Shown: positions 32,700-44,792 of the stretch, piece by piece | Position numbering within the stretch: the stretch's first letter is position 1 | Layout: every line of letters starts with the position of its first letter | Assembly (NCBI GenBank): GCA_001643675.2 | Contig: LSRY02000007.1 | Location: 1,860,001-1,924,000 of the forward strand | DNA from: Monocercomonoides exilis PA203 | Taxonomy: Eukaryota; Protista; Preaxostyla | Direction: 5' to 3' | Length of the DNA: 64,000 bases | Notes under the pieces: model-generated | Databases searched by the model: none | What the model was told of the DNA's origin: nothing | What the model saw: only the letters and a program-made list of their open reading frames with translations | Translations under genes and position numbers: made by a program

Positions 32700-33712
32700 C
32701 CAAATTTATTTGATTCTAAAAAGTTGTATAATCTCTCTCTTTCACTTAAAAGCTGTTAGCGTTGAAATGAAGCTGTTTGAAAAACAATAATTGAGAAATT
32801 TGAAAGTTAACCATATAAAACAATGTTGTTGTATGAGCCTCAATCTTCTTCACGCATTCAAGAAAATGTAATTAACATATGAGGCTATCATTCAAATCTA
32901 CTATGTTCCGATAAAAAAATTTTTAAATAATCTACAGTAGCAATCACATTTCAAAATCATTCACCATATTGCCCTGGAAGTAAAGTCATTCGATATAATC
33001 CTTCTGGCTTGGCTAATTTCTCGTTGCTTTCTTCTTCAGAAAAAATAGCCTCGTTTAAAAGATTTGCCTCTTTCTTTTTCCCTTTACTTAACACTAAAAA
33101 AGCATTGAAAAATGTATTTTTGTGATGAAATATATAAAAAGATTCAAACTTTGTTGCTTAATTCCTAAACTTGCAAAATCCAAAAAATCATTGACGTCTT
33201 TCCCTTCTATTCTCAACTGTATGCATTCGCTTATTATTTTTTCGCACTTTATTTTAAATTAGAATAAAAAAAACAAAATTTATTGTAAAAGATAACCAGA
33301 TTAAGATTTCAAGGTTTCATAAATTTTGTGTTGCACCTTTTCACATATAGCAGAAGAAAGCTCGTGTAAGCATTGCTCCAGTTTTCCAGTTCTACATTCT
33401 TCAATGGTATGTTTTTGAATGGTCTTATACTCATCAATCATATTTTCATGAAGCTTGAATCCGAGTGTTCACATAAAATAAATAAAATATAATTAATAAC
33501 ATTATTTTAATTTTAAATATATTGTTTTTAAATACAATTTTTAAAATATTATTATCCAACATCTCAGAGTCATCTGGCATGCTAGATGATTTGATTGAAT
33601 TAGTAACTGAAGACTTATTTTCATTTTGTATATATTCCATCAGCGACGATGTTTCATTACACGATCCTGCATTTGAAAATTGAATTGAAAAATCAATTGA
33701 AGGAAGAGACAT
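32700..33712 (-). CDS. Small multi-exon hypothetical protein
   Basis: ATG at 33712 (MSLPSIDF). In-frame GT-AG joins link exons LHENMIDEYK..., CEKIISECIQ... and KKKEANLLNE...PGQY. The 3' end is uncertain. Confidence 0.5.
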
Positions 33713-34474
33713 TTTTATTATGCTAATGATCAATTTTAAAAAATTCTTTGTTATCCTTCTTTTTTTGCAACAGTTGGAAAAACATATGAAATAAAGTTCA
33801 CAAATTATTATCTTTTAACATGTTCTATTTGTTAAATTCTGTTCATTCAATCAATTATATCTTTTAAAAATTTAGTCAAAAAATGTTTTGAATACAAAAA
33901 TTTTGTTTTTAAATTGCTTCATGCAAAACTTGCATTATTAACATATTATTTATCGAGTGTTTATTTTCATCTTTATCTTATGCAAATTATTATTTGCGAA
34001 GTTCGAAACATATTAAATCAAATGTTCTAATTCTCTGTATTTTCAAAATACTGATATATTTTTTTAATTGTGTTTCGATAATACAAATTGAATATTTGAA
34101 GATAAAAACTTTTTTTTTATGTTCTATTTTAGCCTATTGTTTTTGGAACACAAAAGGTTTTTCTTTTTTCTTTAATAAAAAATAATAATATTTTTGAATC
34201 GAAAAACAGTAAAGATTGATTTATTACTTTGCATTTCAGGATAGTCTGCCCATAGAATTTTAAATAATATTATGATGGTTAATAATAATAAATTTTAATT
34301 GTATTTCCTCCTTTTAAACAAGTTGAAAACATAAATTTAAAATTAAAACGTAAAATTTCAAAATATAAAAAACATAAACATCTAATAACAAACAAAATAA
34401 AATTGCAAAATGAGATGATTCAAAAAAACTTTTGAAGAGCTCGTCTTGACCAAATTAATCAAGATTATTTTATT

Positions 34475-35629
34475 TTATTTAATGCGATGTTTACGACGTG
34501 ACATGAGGCTTGTATCAGAGTAAAGAGATACAGGCTTATAAGGAGTTGATTCTTTAAACTGCAGCAAAGAACTAATGCTGAAGATACTGAAGATTATCAG
34601 ATAAATGGCAGATGGAAGAACTTCAAAAACAGTTGCTTTTGCAAACCAAACCCAATGTAGAGTTGAACTGAAAATCGAGAAAAATAACAAGAAAAATGAA
34701 AATTTTTCAAAATTAACAAAATTAAGTTTAGCTCAAAATCATGAAAATTTCAAACCAGTCATCATTTAAGCTGCAATATTCTGTGGCAGATAATAATTTC
34801 TCGCTTATTGGAGACATGTTATAAAATGATAGTATTGAAAAAACAAGATGAACAAAGTTGATTGCAACAAGGAAGAATGTGAGAAAAGTTAGCAGCGATA
34901 GTTTCCATTTTGCCACAGACATAAATGCAGGACTTGCTGCGACTTTTGAAAATCCAACACCGCTCATGATCATTGATAAAATTATAGCAGAGTAAGTACA
35001 AGCTTCACTAAGCTCGAGCATGCGATCAAAAATGCCTGTCTCTTCATCGTGAGTAGCCTTATTCAAATCATGTTCAATTATTTCAAATAAATAGATAAAT
35101 ATTCATAAAGAAAAATAAAAATAAAAGCAATTTCATACAGTATCAATAATACAGGCACATAGCGAGAGCATAAAAAATAATCCAAAGAAGCTAAACACAA
35201 ATGTTGAATAAAATGTTCGTTTTGCTTGAGTTTTGAACAAAGGAATAGAGTAACTTTTACTCAGCCAAAGAATGAAAAATTGCCAAGGTAATCCAGAAAA
35301 ATAAGGTGGAAGCGCAGTACATAAAAATGAATATGCAAATGATGTGTAGGGAAAAGGAACAAGGAACAAAAAACTTCGAATTAAGAAATACAGCGTCAAA
35401 ACAATTAGAGTTAGCTTTTTGGAAATATTGTCCTTCCAATGCGATACCCGAATTTGCATAAATGTTTCATAAGCACAAAATAGTAAACTGAGAAAAAAAA
35501 AGCAAAATAGAAGGAGGATGGGAAGAGAGTCATTTCCAAAAATAACTAAAAATAAAAATTAATCAAGGACATCGTTAAATAGCACAAACCAGGACACGTG
35601 GCTGTAATTGTAGGTTGAGCTCTCACCAT
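34475..35629 (-). CDS. Multi-pass membrane protein, THH1/TOM1/GPR137-like, multi-exon
   Basis: Hydrophobic exons 35133-35540, 34728-35066 and 34475-34690 are separated by AT-rich introns, with ATG at 35629. Segments YFLIRSFLFLV, TALPPYFSGLPWQFFILWL and TVFEVLPSAIYLIIF match the pattern of this family (inference). Confidence 0.65.
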
Positions 35630-35975
35630 TTCTATGGATTAAATAAGCTTATTTACAACGTTTTCCCAATAATACAATATTATTATGTTTTATATTTTAT
35701 TATGTTTTAACTTAAATTTCCCATTTAATTTTAAAGACAATTATTTCGAGATTTATTGAAATGAAACAACAAAAGAAAATATAAAACCGAACTTCACAAT
35801 AAAAACAATATTTTGAAAAAATAGAGGTTTCACATTTTTAAACGTCAAATCATTCTCTCAATCGAAGATAAATAGAAAAAGACAAAATTCAACATAACTT
35901 GAAATTAAGAAACCACTTTTCAGTTTCACGAAAGAAAGCTTCATAATTCTACAAAAGAAAAACTATCACACGACT

Positions 35976-36581
35976 TCAAAGCTTCTGAACCTTTTCAACT
36001 TCGAGTTTTGGATTGTCTTTGCATATGGAAGTGTCTGCTGAATGCTTCCAATCAAATGTACAGCAATGCGCTTCTGGAAAACGATGAGCAGAGCAAAATT
36101 TTTTTCCGCACTGACACTCAAATGAAATTAATCCAATCTTTTTATGACAAAATCCACATTTTGCATTTTGAAGGAGAACAAATGAAGATTGATTTTCAGG
36201 ACTTGTAATGGAATCTGTAGATGCCTCGGTTCCAGGAGAAGTTGCTGATGGAGTCATAAGTGTTGAAGGAGTTGATTGCTGCTTTTGTACAGCGAGCGTT
36301 GTTGATGAAATGGGTGTTTTGGCAGGAACAGAAGGTGAAAGAGGGTTGCTTGAAGTGGCAACTGGAGGAAATGTTGTTGGGGAAGCGTTTATACTTGAAG
36401 GATGATCATTTTTTTGAATATTTTCTGTTAAATGCGCTGAACTACATTGCTGTTGGCACTGCAAATATTCTCGATAACACTTGCTGCACAATCCACGTGT
36501 AGCTGGATTACCAAAAAAGCCACATCCTGCGGAGCACAACGAAGGTTCTTTCCGCGATGGTGTTTGAGAAGCGTTTGACAT
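35976..36581 (-). CDS. A20/AN1 zinc-finger protein (ZFAND5/SAP family)
   Basis: A20 finger [22 protein letters not shown] and AN1 finger [38 protein letters not shown], with C-terminal [12 protein letters not shown]. The true ATG is probably 36581. Confidence 0.93.
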   Translation of the reverse strand: MSNASQTPSRKEPSLCSAGCGFFGNPATRGLCSKCYREYLQCQQQCSSAHLTENIQKNDHPSSINASPTTFPPVATSSNPLSPSVPAKTPISSTTLAVQKQQSTPSTLMTPSATSPGTEASTDSITSPENQSSFVLLQNAKCGFCHKKIGLISFECQCGKKFCSAHRFPEAHCCTFDWKHSADTSICKDNPKLEVEKVQKL

Positions 36582-36784
36582 CGAAAAGTCTTGTCTGGAA
36601 TTATGAAACAGGTTCGCAAAAAGATTGAAGATAAAGAAAGGGCTAAAGTCTTTCGTTTTCAATTAGAAAAAAGCAGCAAGAATGAGTCATTTTTGCATAT
36701 CGATGCAAATTTCCGAAAATGGAGAAATATCAAATTGAAAAAACGGAAAAAAATAAAAATGGTTATTTGATGATCACCTAAGTG

Positions 36785-38710
36785 ATGAACAGGCCAGGAC
36801 TGGTTGCATCGAAGCCAAAGAGTTTTGACATTTTTTTATTTACGCATAAATTTTTTAAAGATAACTTTGCAAATCTCTTCCAGACTGGAGTATTTTCCAA
36901 CAAAAAATGAGGAATTTCAAGCCTCAAATGAGGCCATTTCACCTTGTTATTGTATATGGAATTCTTTTTGTAGTCTCATTGTTTATAACGTTATATGGAT
37001 TTATAACATATTCAATGGTTTTTATTTTTCTTCTTCTTTTTTAGCAAGGAAAGATATTTATATTTTTTTTTCTTTTTCTTTTTTTTTTTTCAAAGGGATT
37101 TGAATTCAAAAAAGAGTACAACGCACAGAATGGACAAATAGAATTTAATGTTGAACTGCAGCATTCAATTTCGGAACCAGTATTTTTATATTATGGATTA
37201 ACATCATTTCATACAAACCATCGCCGCTTTCTTGCTTCAAGGGATGAAAAGCAGTTGGCAGGAAAGGACATTTCCGAAGACGCACTAAAAGGTTCTCAAC
37301 TACTCGATATTCTTTTTAAAAAAAATTTAACTGTGTTTTTACTTTTTGAAAGATTGCGATCCTCGAATTTCTGATGGAATTGGAATTCATGAGAAATATC
37401 CTTGTGGGCTTGTTGCCGAAGCAATTTTTAATGACACATTTTCCATATACAGTAATTCATCTTTGATTAAACCAAGCACTGCTAACATTTATCCATCTTA
37501 TGAAACAGTATGTTTATTTTAATAATTATTATTTGTTTGAGACCGTTATATTAATTTATTATTTTCAATTAATTTTTTAAAAAATGAAGAAATTGTTTCG
37601 ATGCCCAAATGACGACTGTAGCTCACAGAGAGTTAATGTGACAGATCCTCATTTTATTAATTGGATGAGACCACAGCCGTTTGCGAACTTCAGAAAATTG
37701 GAAGGAGTTTTCGTTGATGGAATGCCTCAAGGGGTTTACACTGTTAAAATAAACGAAAACATACAAGGCGGACAGCAATGTTTGGTGTTTTTTTCTATTC
37801 AGTTTATTGCATCTAATCTCTCTATCCTATCTATATGTCTTTCTCTCTTTCTCTCCTTCTATCTCTCTCTTTCTCTCTTTCTATCTCTCTATCACTCTAT
37901 CCATCAACCTATCTCTATATATCTCTATCTCTATCTCTCAAATGAACAACTACACTATCAAATCCTGATATATATTCATATTCTATCTTCTTGTTTATTT
38001 GAAATTTTTCTCAATAATTTTGAAATGAAAACAAATTTTCACCCTTCTCTTCGCTCACATTCGTTCACTTCTCAAATAATAACGAAAGCGTATCAGCCAA
38101 GTCTGAAGGGATCAAAGTATTTTGTTTTAAGCACCAGACAATGGATGGGGAAGCGTTCACTTTTCATTCGTATGCTAATTTATTCAAAACATTTTTAAAA
38201 TTGCTCTTTTTATGTTTCGTATTTTTCATTTAATGCTTTTCAACAATTTTATCTTTGATTTTTGCTTTGACTTGTCTGTTGAAAATTCATTTTTTTCGAT
38301 GAAACTTGGACGAAAATGAATGTTTTATTCATTATGCAATCACTCAACGCAACGAAAATCACAGCAATATTTGCACTATGCATTTCAGTCATGTGCATCA
38401 TTGTTTCAATATTTTATATGTGTGTGTCTCGATACGATCAGCACCTGAAGGAAGATTATTTGCAGAGGCATTCAATGAAGATAGTACAGGTTTGACAGCA
38501 TAATTCTATTCAAAGCATTCAAAATAGATAAATAATTTGTTGAATATTCTCATTCTCACTTTTTGAAACTCATTCGCTTCAACTTATTGCATTCATCTGC
38601 CTTTTTGGATTCTGAAGAGCTCAGATAAACGACAATATTAGCTGATGAAACTTTCATTCCACAATCCCGATGACACTTCACAGAATCACATCTCAGAGGA
38701 TATAAGCTGA
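36785..38710 (+). CDS. CDC50: CDC50/LEM3 family P4-ATPase beta subunit, multi-exon
   Basis: Spliced translation gives KPKNWSIFQQKM, TM1, PVFLYYGLTSFHTNHRRFLASRDEKQLAG, YPCGLVAEAIFNDTF, HFINWMRPQPFANFRKL, GSKYFVLSTRQWMGKR and TM2. The last exon and stop (38494 or 38710) are uncertain. Confidence 0.9.
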
Positions 38711-39045
38711 AGCCAATTCACAAATTCATTTCAAACATTTGTGTTTATCTCATCACTTTGCAGTTAGGCAAATTGAACATTTTTTTTGTTTAACTTTTCG
38801 TTTAATCATTTATTTATTATTAATACATTTTATTTTGCAAAGTCTTGCGATTTAAAAAATGAATATAAAAGAGACCAAAAGATATTTGTTGATATTTTCA
38901 TGTTTTAAAAGTCGAATGTTTGAAATAAAAAAATGACAAGAATAGAAATAAAATTAAAAATGAAAAGGTTTGTGCTTATGACGACTGAATTTGAAAAATA
39001 ACAATTATTAAAATAAACTTATTGCGAAAAAAAATATTTGACATT

Positions 39046-41061
39046 CTAATCCACTTCATCAACATTTGAAGCTGCATGATATGAAGGAGGAGGTGGCTGT
39101 TCATAAGAATTAGAAGACGATGATGGCTCAGAAGAAGAACTTTGGCCAGCAGAAGGATCTTCAGGCTTGCCTTCTGGATGCTCTGCCTGGAATTTCTTGT
39201 CGTAGTATGCAATCAAAAGTGGATGTGCCACTTTCTCGATCTCCTTGTAGCGTCCATCAATAACCTCTGCATCGACCTTCTTTATTTCATCGCTGTCGAT
39301 CCACTCCAATGCAGCATCTGCCATTTGGTTGATTGTTTGCTTATCACTTTCTTCCATCTTGTCGCCTGCCTCTTCCATTGTTGATTTAAGAGAATAGCAA
39401 AATGTTTCCAGAGAGTTGCGCGCTTCAACACGATGTTTGATCTTTTCATCCTCAACCTTCATCTTTTCTGCCATGTCAACCATTTGCTGAATTTCGTTTT
39501 GTGAAAGTCTTCCTCTTTCATTCTTAATGGTGATATGTGACTTCAGACCTGAAGAGCCAGACAACGCTGTCTCCTCAGCAGAAACCTGCAACACACCATT
39601 TTGATCCACATCAAACGTCACTTTAATACGCGGAGCACGGCTTTTGGCTGGTGGAATGCCTTGAAGCTTGAAAGAGCCCAAGAAGTTGTTCTCTCGAACA
39701 ACAGCTCGCTCTCCTTCGTACACTTTAACTGTAACCATCTCTTGGTTATCCTCGGATGTTGTGAACATCATTTCCTTTGAGCAAGGAATTGTGGTGTTTC
39801 TCTTAATCAGCACTGTCATCACACCTCCTGATGACTCCACACCAAGAGAAAGTGGAACCACATCCAACAACAGCAAGTCTGCTCCTTTTGCTCCTGCTGT
39901 GCCTTTCAGAATAGCTGCCTGAACAGCTGCACCATATGCAACAGCTTCATCTGGATTAATCGAAGATGAAGGAGGCTTTCCGAAATAGTCAGTCAACATC
40001 TTTTGAACATAAGGAATTCTGGTTGACCCTCCAACAAGAATGACTGTATCAATATCAGCCTTTGAGTATCCACTATCTGCAAGTGCACGTTCCAACGGTT
40101 CTTTGCATTTATGAAATTCGTATTCAGCCAAATTTTCAAAGCGTGCACGAGTGATGGTCGTTGAAAAATCGATACCATCAATAAGTGCATCAACTTCGAT
40201 TGTTGCTGTTGTGCTTGATGACAAAGTTCTTTTTGCACGTTCGCATGTGGTTCTTAAACGACGAATAGCTCTTGCGTTTGCTTCAACATTGATACCTCTG
40301 TGTTGCCTGTTAAACTCACTAACGCAATATTTCACAAGGATGTTGTCAAGATCTTCACCTCCAAGATGAGTGTTTCCTGCAGTTGACTTCACTGTAAACA
40401 TTCCACCATCGAGCAATAACACTGAAACATCAAAGGTCCCACCACCATAATCGAAAATAAGTATTTTTTGTTCTTTATCATTTTGCTTGTCCAATCCGTA
40501 TGCGATTGCTGCAGCAGTTGGCTCATTAATAATTCTAATAACATCGAGGTTTGCAATGGTTCCTGCGTCCTTTGTTGCAGAACGTTGTCCATCATTAAAA
40601 TAAGCTGGCACCGTAATAACTGCTTGCTCAATTTTCTCTCCAAGAAATGCTTCGGCTGTTTGCTTCATTTTTGTCAGAACCATTGAGCTGATTTGTTCGG
40701 GAGAAAACTGAACAACTTCTCCTTTATACGTAACTTCAATAAATGGCTTATCTCCTTCCTTTTGAACAACTTTGAATGGCCAAAGTTTCATATCAAATTG
40801 AACTTCTTGATCTGAAAACTTTTTCCCAATCATACGCTTTGCATCAAAAACAGTATTGGTGGGATTCATAGCAACTTGGCTTTTTGCAGCGTCTCCCAAC
40901 AATCTTTCAGAGTCAGTGAAAGCCACATACGAAGGTGTAATTCTGTTTCCTTGATCATTTGCAATAATATCGACAACACCATCGCGCATGACTGCCACAC
41001 AAGATTTTGTTGTTCCTAAATCAATTCCAACTGCATATTTTGATACAGGCTTGTCTGCCAT
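39046..41061 (-). CDS. HSP70: Cytosolic-type HSP70
   Basis: Motifs [42 protein letters not shown] and [10 protein letters not shown]. The C-terminus DEVD is EEVD-like, and there is no signal peptide or KDEL. Confidence 0.97.
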   Translation of the reverse strand: MADKPVSKYAVGIDLGTTKSCVAVMRDGVVDIIANDQGNRITPSYVAFTDSERLLGDAAKSQVAMNPTNTVFDAKRMIGKKFSDQEVQFDMKLWPFKVVQKEGDKPFIEVTYKGEVVQFSPEQISSMVLTKMKQTAEAFLGEKIEQAVITVPAYFNDGQRSATKDAGTIANLDVIRIINEPTAAAIAYGLDKQNDKEQKILIFDYGGGTFDVSVLLLDGGMFTVKSTAGNTHLGGEDLDNILVKYCVSEFNRQHRGINVEANARAIRRLRTTCERAKRTLSSSTTATIEVDALIDGIDFSTTITRARFENLAEYEFHKCKEPLERALADSGYSKADIDTVILVGGSTRIPYVQKMLTDYFGKPPSSSINPDEAVAYGAAVQAAILKGTAGAKGADLLLLDVVPLSLGVESSGGVMTVLIKRNTTIPCSKEMMFTTSEDNQEMVTVKVYEGERAVVRENNFLGSFKLQGIPPAKSRAPRIKVTFDVDQNGVLQVSAEETALSGSSGLKSHITIKNERGRLSQNEIQQMVDMAEKMKVEDEKIKHRVEARNSLETFCYSLKSTMEEAGDKMEESDKQTINQMADAALEWIDSDEIKKVDAEVIDGRYKEIEKVAHPLLIAYYDKKFQAEHPEGKPEDPSAGQSSSSEPSSSSNSYEQPPPPSYHAASNVDEVD

Positions 41062-41329
41062 TTGTATTTTGATTCCGATCTAAAAACTTGATCAAATATG
41101 TACCCATAGCAGCATAAACAATATATATAATTTAAAAAAGAAAACGAAAGTTGTTACTGCAGAAAAATAAAAAGAAACTTCATGAAATAATCATAATGGT
41201 AATAATTATAAAATATCATACATTAAAACAGGTGATGACGTGCTCAAAAATTGAAATGATTGATAAGTTTTGGATTTATATTTTCTTTAAAACAAAAATC
41301 AGACAGAATTGCTCTTATGAAGCACTTAC

Positions 41330-41666
41330 TCATATAATATAATTCATCTCTTTTTCTTCTTTTTTCATATTTTCAATTCTTCTTTGAATGTCTTCAATCT
41401 GCCCATCAATGTCGTCGAAAGATGTTTCAAAAGCAGCATTATCTGAAAGAGGAAGACGAGGCAAATCTTTCAGTGGAAGAGAAGCAGTTGTTGAAGAAGG
41501 CAACTTGGCATTTTTAGCAGACGATGAATAGAGTGAAGACAAAGAAGAAGAAGAAGAAGAAGATGATGATGATGATGATGATGAAGCTGGAAGAGAGCGA
41601 GCAGGAAGCGGAGAGGAAGACAGCTGGCTGTTTGAACGAGGTGACATTCTCCACATATCATCATTT

Positions 41667-41698
<32 letters not shown>

Positions 41699-44690
41699 AG
41701 AAGAAGAAGATGATGATGATGATGAATATGAGGTTAATGAGGGTGATTGAGATGATGTTTGAGAAGACTTCAGACGCATTTTTTCGAGTGTGGAGCGAAC
41801 AATCGAAGAAGCAGAAGAGAGAGAACGATATGTGATTGGTGTGGTGTTTGATGGATGAGCAGAGGAAGAGGAGGAAGAAGAGGAAGAAGAAGAAGAAATG
41901 TTTGAAGTGGAAGGTGATGAAGAAGGAGAAGATGGAGAAGAAGATGGCTGAAATGAATAACGCTGTGCAGACGATGCAGAAATGGAAGAGCGGAGGAATG
42001 AGGCAGAAGATGGGGTGTCTGATACCAGCGAAGAAGAAGAAGAATTTGTTGGGAGAGAAGAATTCAGAGCATATTTTTCCTTCTTTTGCACGTCGCCCTT
42101 CGGTTTGTCCAGCAAAGCAGAAAAAATCCCAGTCAGTGGCCGTCTTCCAACAGCTCTTTCTTTCTCTTTCTCTTTCTCTTTTGTTCCGGCTGCCTTCTTC
42201 TCTCGTATCTCCTTCAGCCACATGTCCATCTTCTCCTTCTTTTCTGCCCTGATTTGCTCTCTCTCTCTCTTCTCCTTGTTTGCCACACGATTCTCATTCA
42301 GACGCTTCCATCCTCTTTTGAGCAGCGCCTTCTCTCTTAACAGCTCAGCTGCCTTGTGCTGCTGCAGCTCTTTCACTCTTCTCTCTGTCTGCACTGCCTC
42401 ATGCCACTCCTTCCACCTCAGCCACGCCCCTCTCAGAATATGCATCCTGCTGTGCTCCTCTGCTTTCTCCTTCTCTTTCGCACACAGCTCCAAATACTCT
42501 CCTCTCCACGCATCCAAACAGAGGCCCATCAAATGCTGCGAGTGGAAGGCAGCTGCGATGTCGTTCTCGCGCTGCTCCCACTCCTCTCTCTCTCTCTTCA
42601 GCACAGCCACTCCTTCCCTCATTCTGCCAAATATCCTTTTCTGCAGTGATATTATGTAATGTTCATTGCTTTTGCCTTCTGCTGCTCTGAGACTGGCAAT
42701 CATCTTCTTCAGCGGTACAATCCCATTCCACTTCACCAAAGAAGACAGATAATGTCTGTTTGCTATTCTTTCCTGCTCTGCCCAGTATTCCCTCTCTTTC
42801 TTCCGCTCTTCCTCTTTCCGCTGCTTCCACAGCCTCAGCTGCTTGTTCGTCTCCAATCGGGCGATTCTGAACAGCTCCTCCTCCTTTTTGACTGCCTCTT
42901 CTGCCTCTCTCATCTTCTCCTCTCTTCTTCGTGCTGCCTCTCTCTGCCTCTCCTCCCTCGCTTTTATTCGCTCCTTCGCTTCCATCTCGTGGCGCTCCAT
43001 GAGTGACATTCGCGATGGAGAAGAAGGCCGAGCGGGGGAATTCGGACGCAGCTGGCGTGAAGGCGATTTGACAGCAGCAGATGCGCTTATTTTGAAGACA
43101 GCAGAAGAAGCTAACTTGGAATTTTGCGCTTTTGAAGGGGTTGCTTCTGCTTCTTTCTCTTTTCCTGCCATTGACTTTTCAGAAAGTGTTGATTCTTTTC
43201 CAATATTCTCCTCATTCTCCTCTTTTTCCTTGTTTGCTTTTGCTTTTTCTCCCTCGTTTTTGCTTGCAATTTCAGCTTCGCTCTTCATTTGCTCTTCGGA
43301 TGCTTCACTTTCTTGCTGTTGCGTCTTCTTCGTCTCGAGCTTCGCAACAAGTGCCCCAATTTTGCTCAGTCTTTCTTCATGTTCCTTCTTCACTTTGTTG
43401 TTCTTTTTCTCATCTTGCCATTTCACCTTCCACAAATTAAACGCCCTTTTCAATGTCCAATGACACCGAAACGCCTTCAGTGCTGGCGCCATCTTCTCCT
43501 CGAGTTCCCTCTCTTGTTTCTCTCTCAGCTGCTCTTCTCTTCTCTCCTGCTCTTCTCTGAGACTCACAATCATCAGATAGCGCTTCCTCCACCCAATCCA
43601 TCCTCTCTCCGTCAGCCGCTGCTGAATGAGCGCTGCAATCATCCGGCGCTCTCTGATCTGCTTCTCCACCCACAAGCGCCACATCGTCCAGCTGCGCGTC
43701 AGCTTCGAAAGATTACGCTGTCGTTCCATCCTTTCCATTGATGCTTCTATTTCTGCAGCACGAATGGCTGCTTTTTGCGCCATTTTCTGCTGCTGAAGAA
43801 TCATTTCTTGTCTTTCCCTTTCTTCTCTCTCTTTCTTTTCTCTTTCTTCTTTGGCTTTTTGTGCTTTTTCTCGTGCAGCTCTAACAATTTCTTCCTTCTT
43901 TTTCTGTTCTTCTTCTTTTATTCGTTTCATTTCCTTTCTTAATGCTTCTTCCTCTTCTTGATGTTTTTGCCTCATTTCTTCGTCTCTTTCTCGCTTTTTT
44001 TTCTCTTCCATTTCTCTTAAAGCCATTTCTTGTCTTCGCTTTTGCTGTAATTTAAGTCTGGCTATCCGCTTTTCTTCGACAAGTTGATGTCTAATTTCCA
44101 TCGCTCGAAGTGGATCTTGAAACAAAGGAAGAAGCGGGCGTACACTTTCAGTTGTACTATCCAATGTTAAATTATTGACTTCGCTATTATCAGAAGAGTT
44201 TTTTGACATTTGTCCTGATATTACTGCAGAAATGACACCATCTCTAATTTCTTCAAACTCTGTTTGTTTTCGTTCTGGCTCACGAATTTTAGGAGTTCTT
44301 TGAGTAGAAAATGCTCTTTTACTTTGTTGAGCAATTTTTGGTTGAGTGGTTTTTCTCGAATTAGAACTTGGTCTCGTTTTTCGAGGAAGAGATGGAGAAA
44401 AAGGAGTTATCTTTGAGATATGAGGAGGGGATACATCACGCTCAAACGAAATTGAGTCGGTGGAAATAGTGACTTTACTCAGTAATCCTTTTATAAATGA
44501 TTCCGCTGTTTTTATTCAGTTAAATTTTCAATTTTCATATAAATATGTCAAAGGAAATAAAGTATTTTTTTATTTGTTTATAATATTGAATTAATTACAT
44601 GAAAAAATAAGAAAATTTGTACACGATATTCGATTATGCAACAATCAAACCTTCATGTGCGGTGGATGATTCAAATTTCGATGGATCCAT
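41330..44690 (-). CDS. Coiled-coil protein with Trp-periodic helices, CCDC191/Sfi1-like
   Basis: The frame stays open upstream of 44209 and joins a first exon MDPSKFESSTAHE (ATG 44690) through an intron at ~44505-44650. Repeated motifs include LTRSWTMWR, LKRAFNLWK, LCLDAWR, LRGAWLRWK and HYLSSLVKWNGIVPLKK, followed by a poly-Ser tail. Confidence 0.7.
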
Positions 44691-44792
44691 TACCCCCTTT
44701 ATTAAACATTTTTTTAATAATTTAAAAACAAAAATCTTTAATATGAAGTGTGTGAAGTGAGTGAAATGAAGCTGTAATTATTTGAAAAATTA

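Noticed and set aside
37815-37940. CT/AT-rich repeat tract read through as ORF 37584-38198
   Set aside because: It is an intronic simple repeat within CDC50. The conserved motifs resume after the acceptor near 38088.
30142-41061. Functional proteostasis cluster (UFD1-like, A20/AN1, HSP70)
   Set aside because: The genes are on mixed strands and interleaved with unrelated genes, so chance proximity is sufficient.
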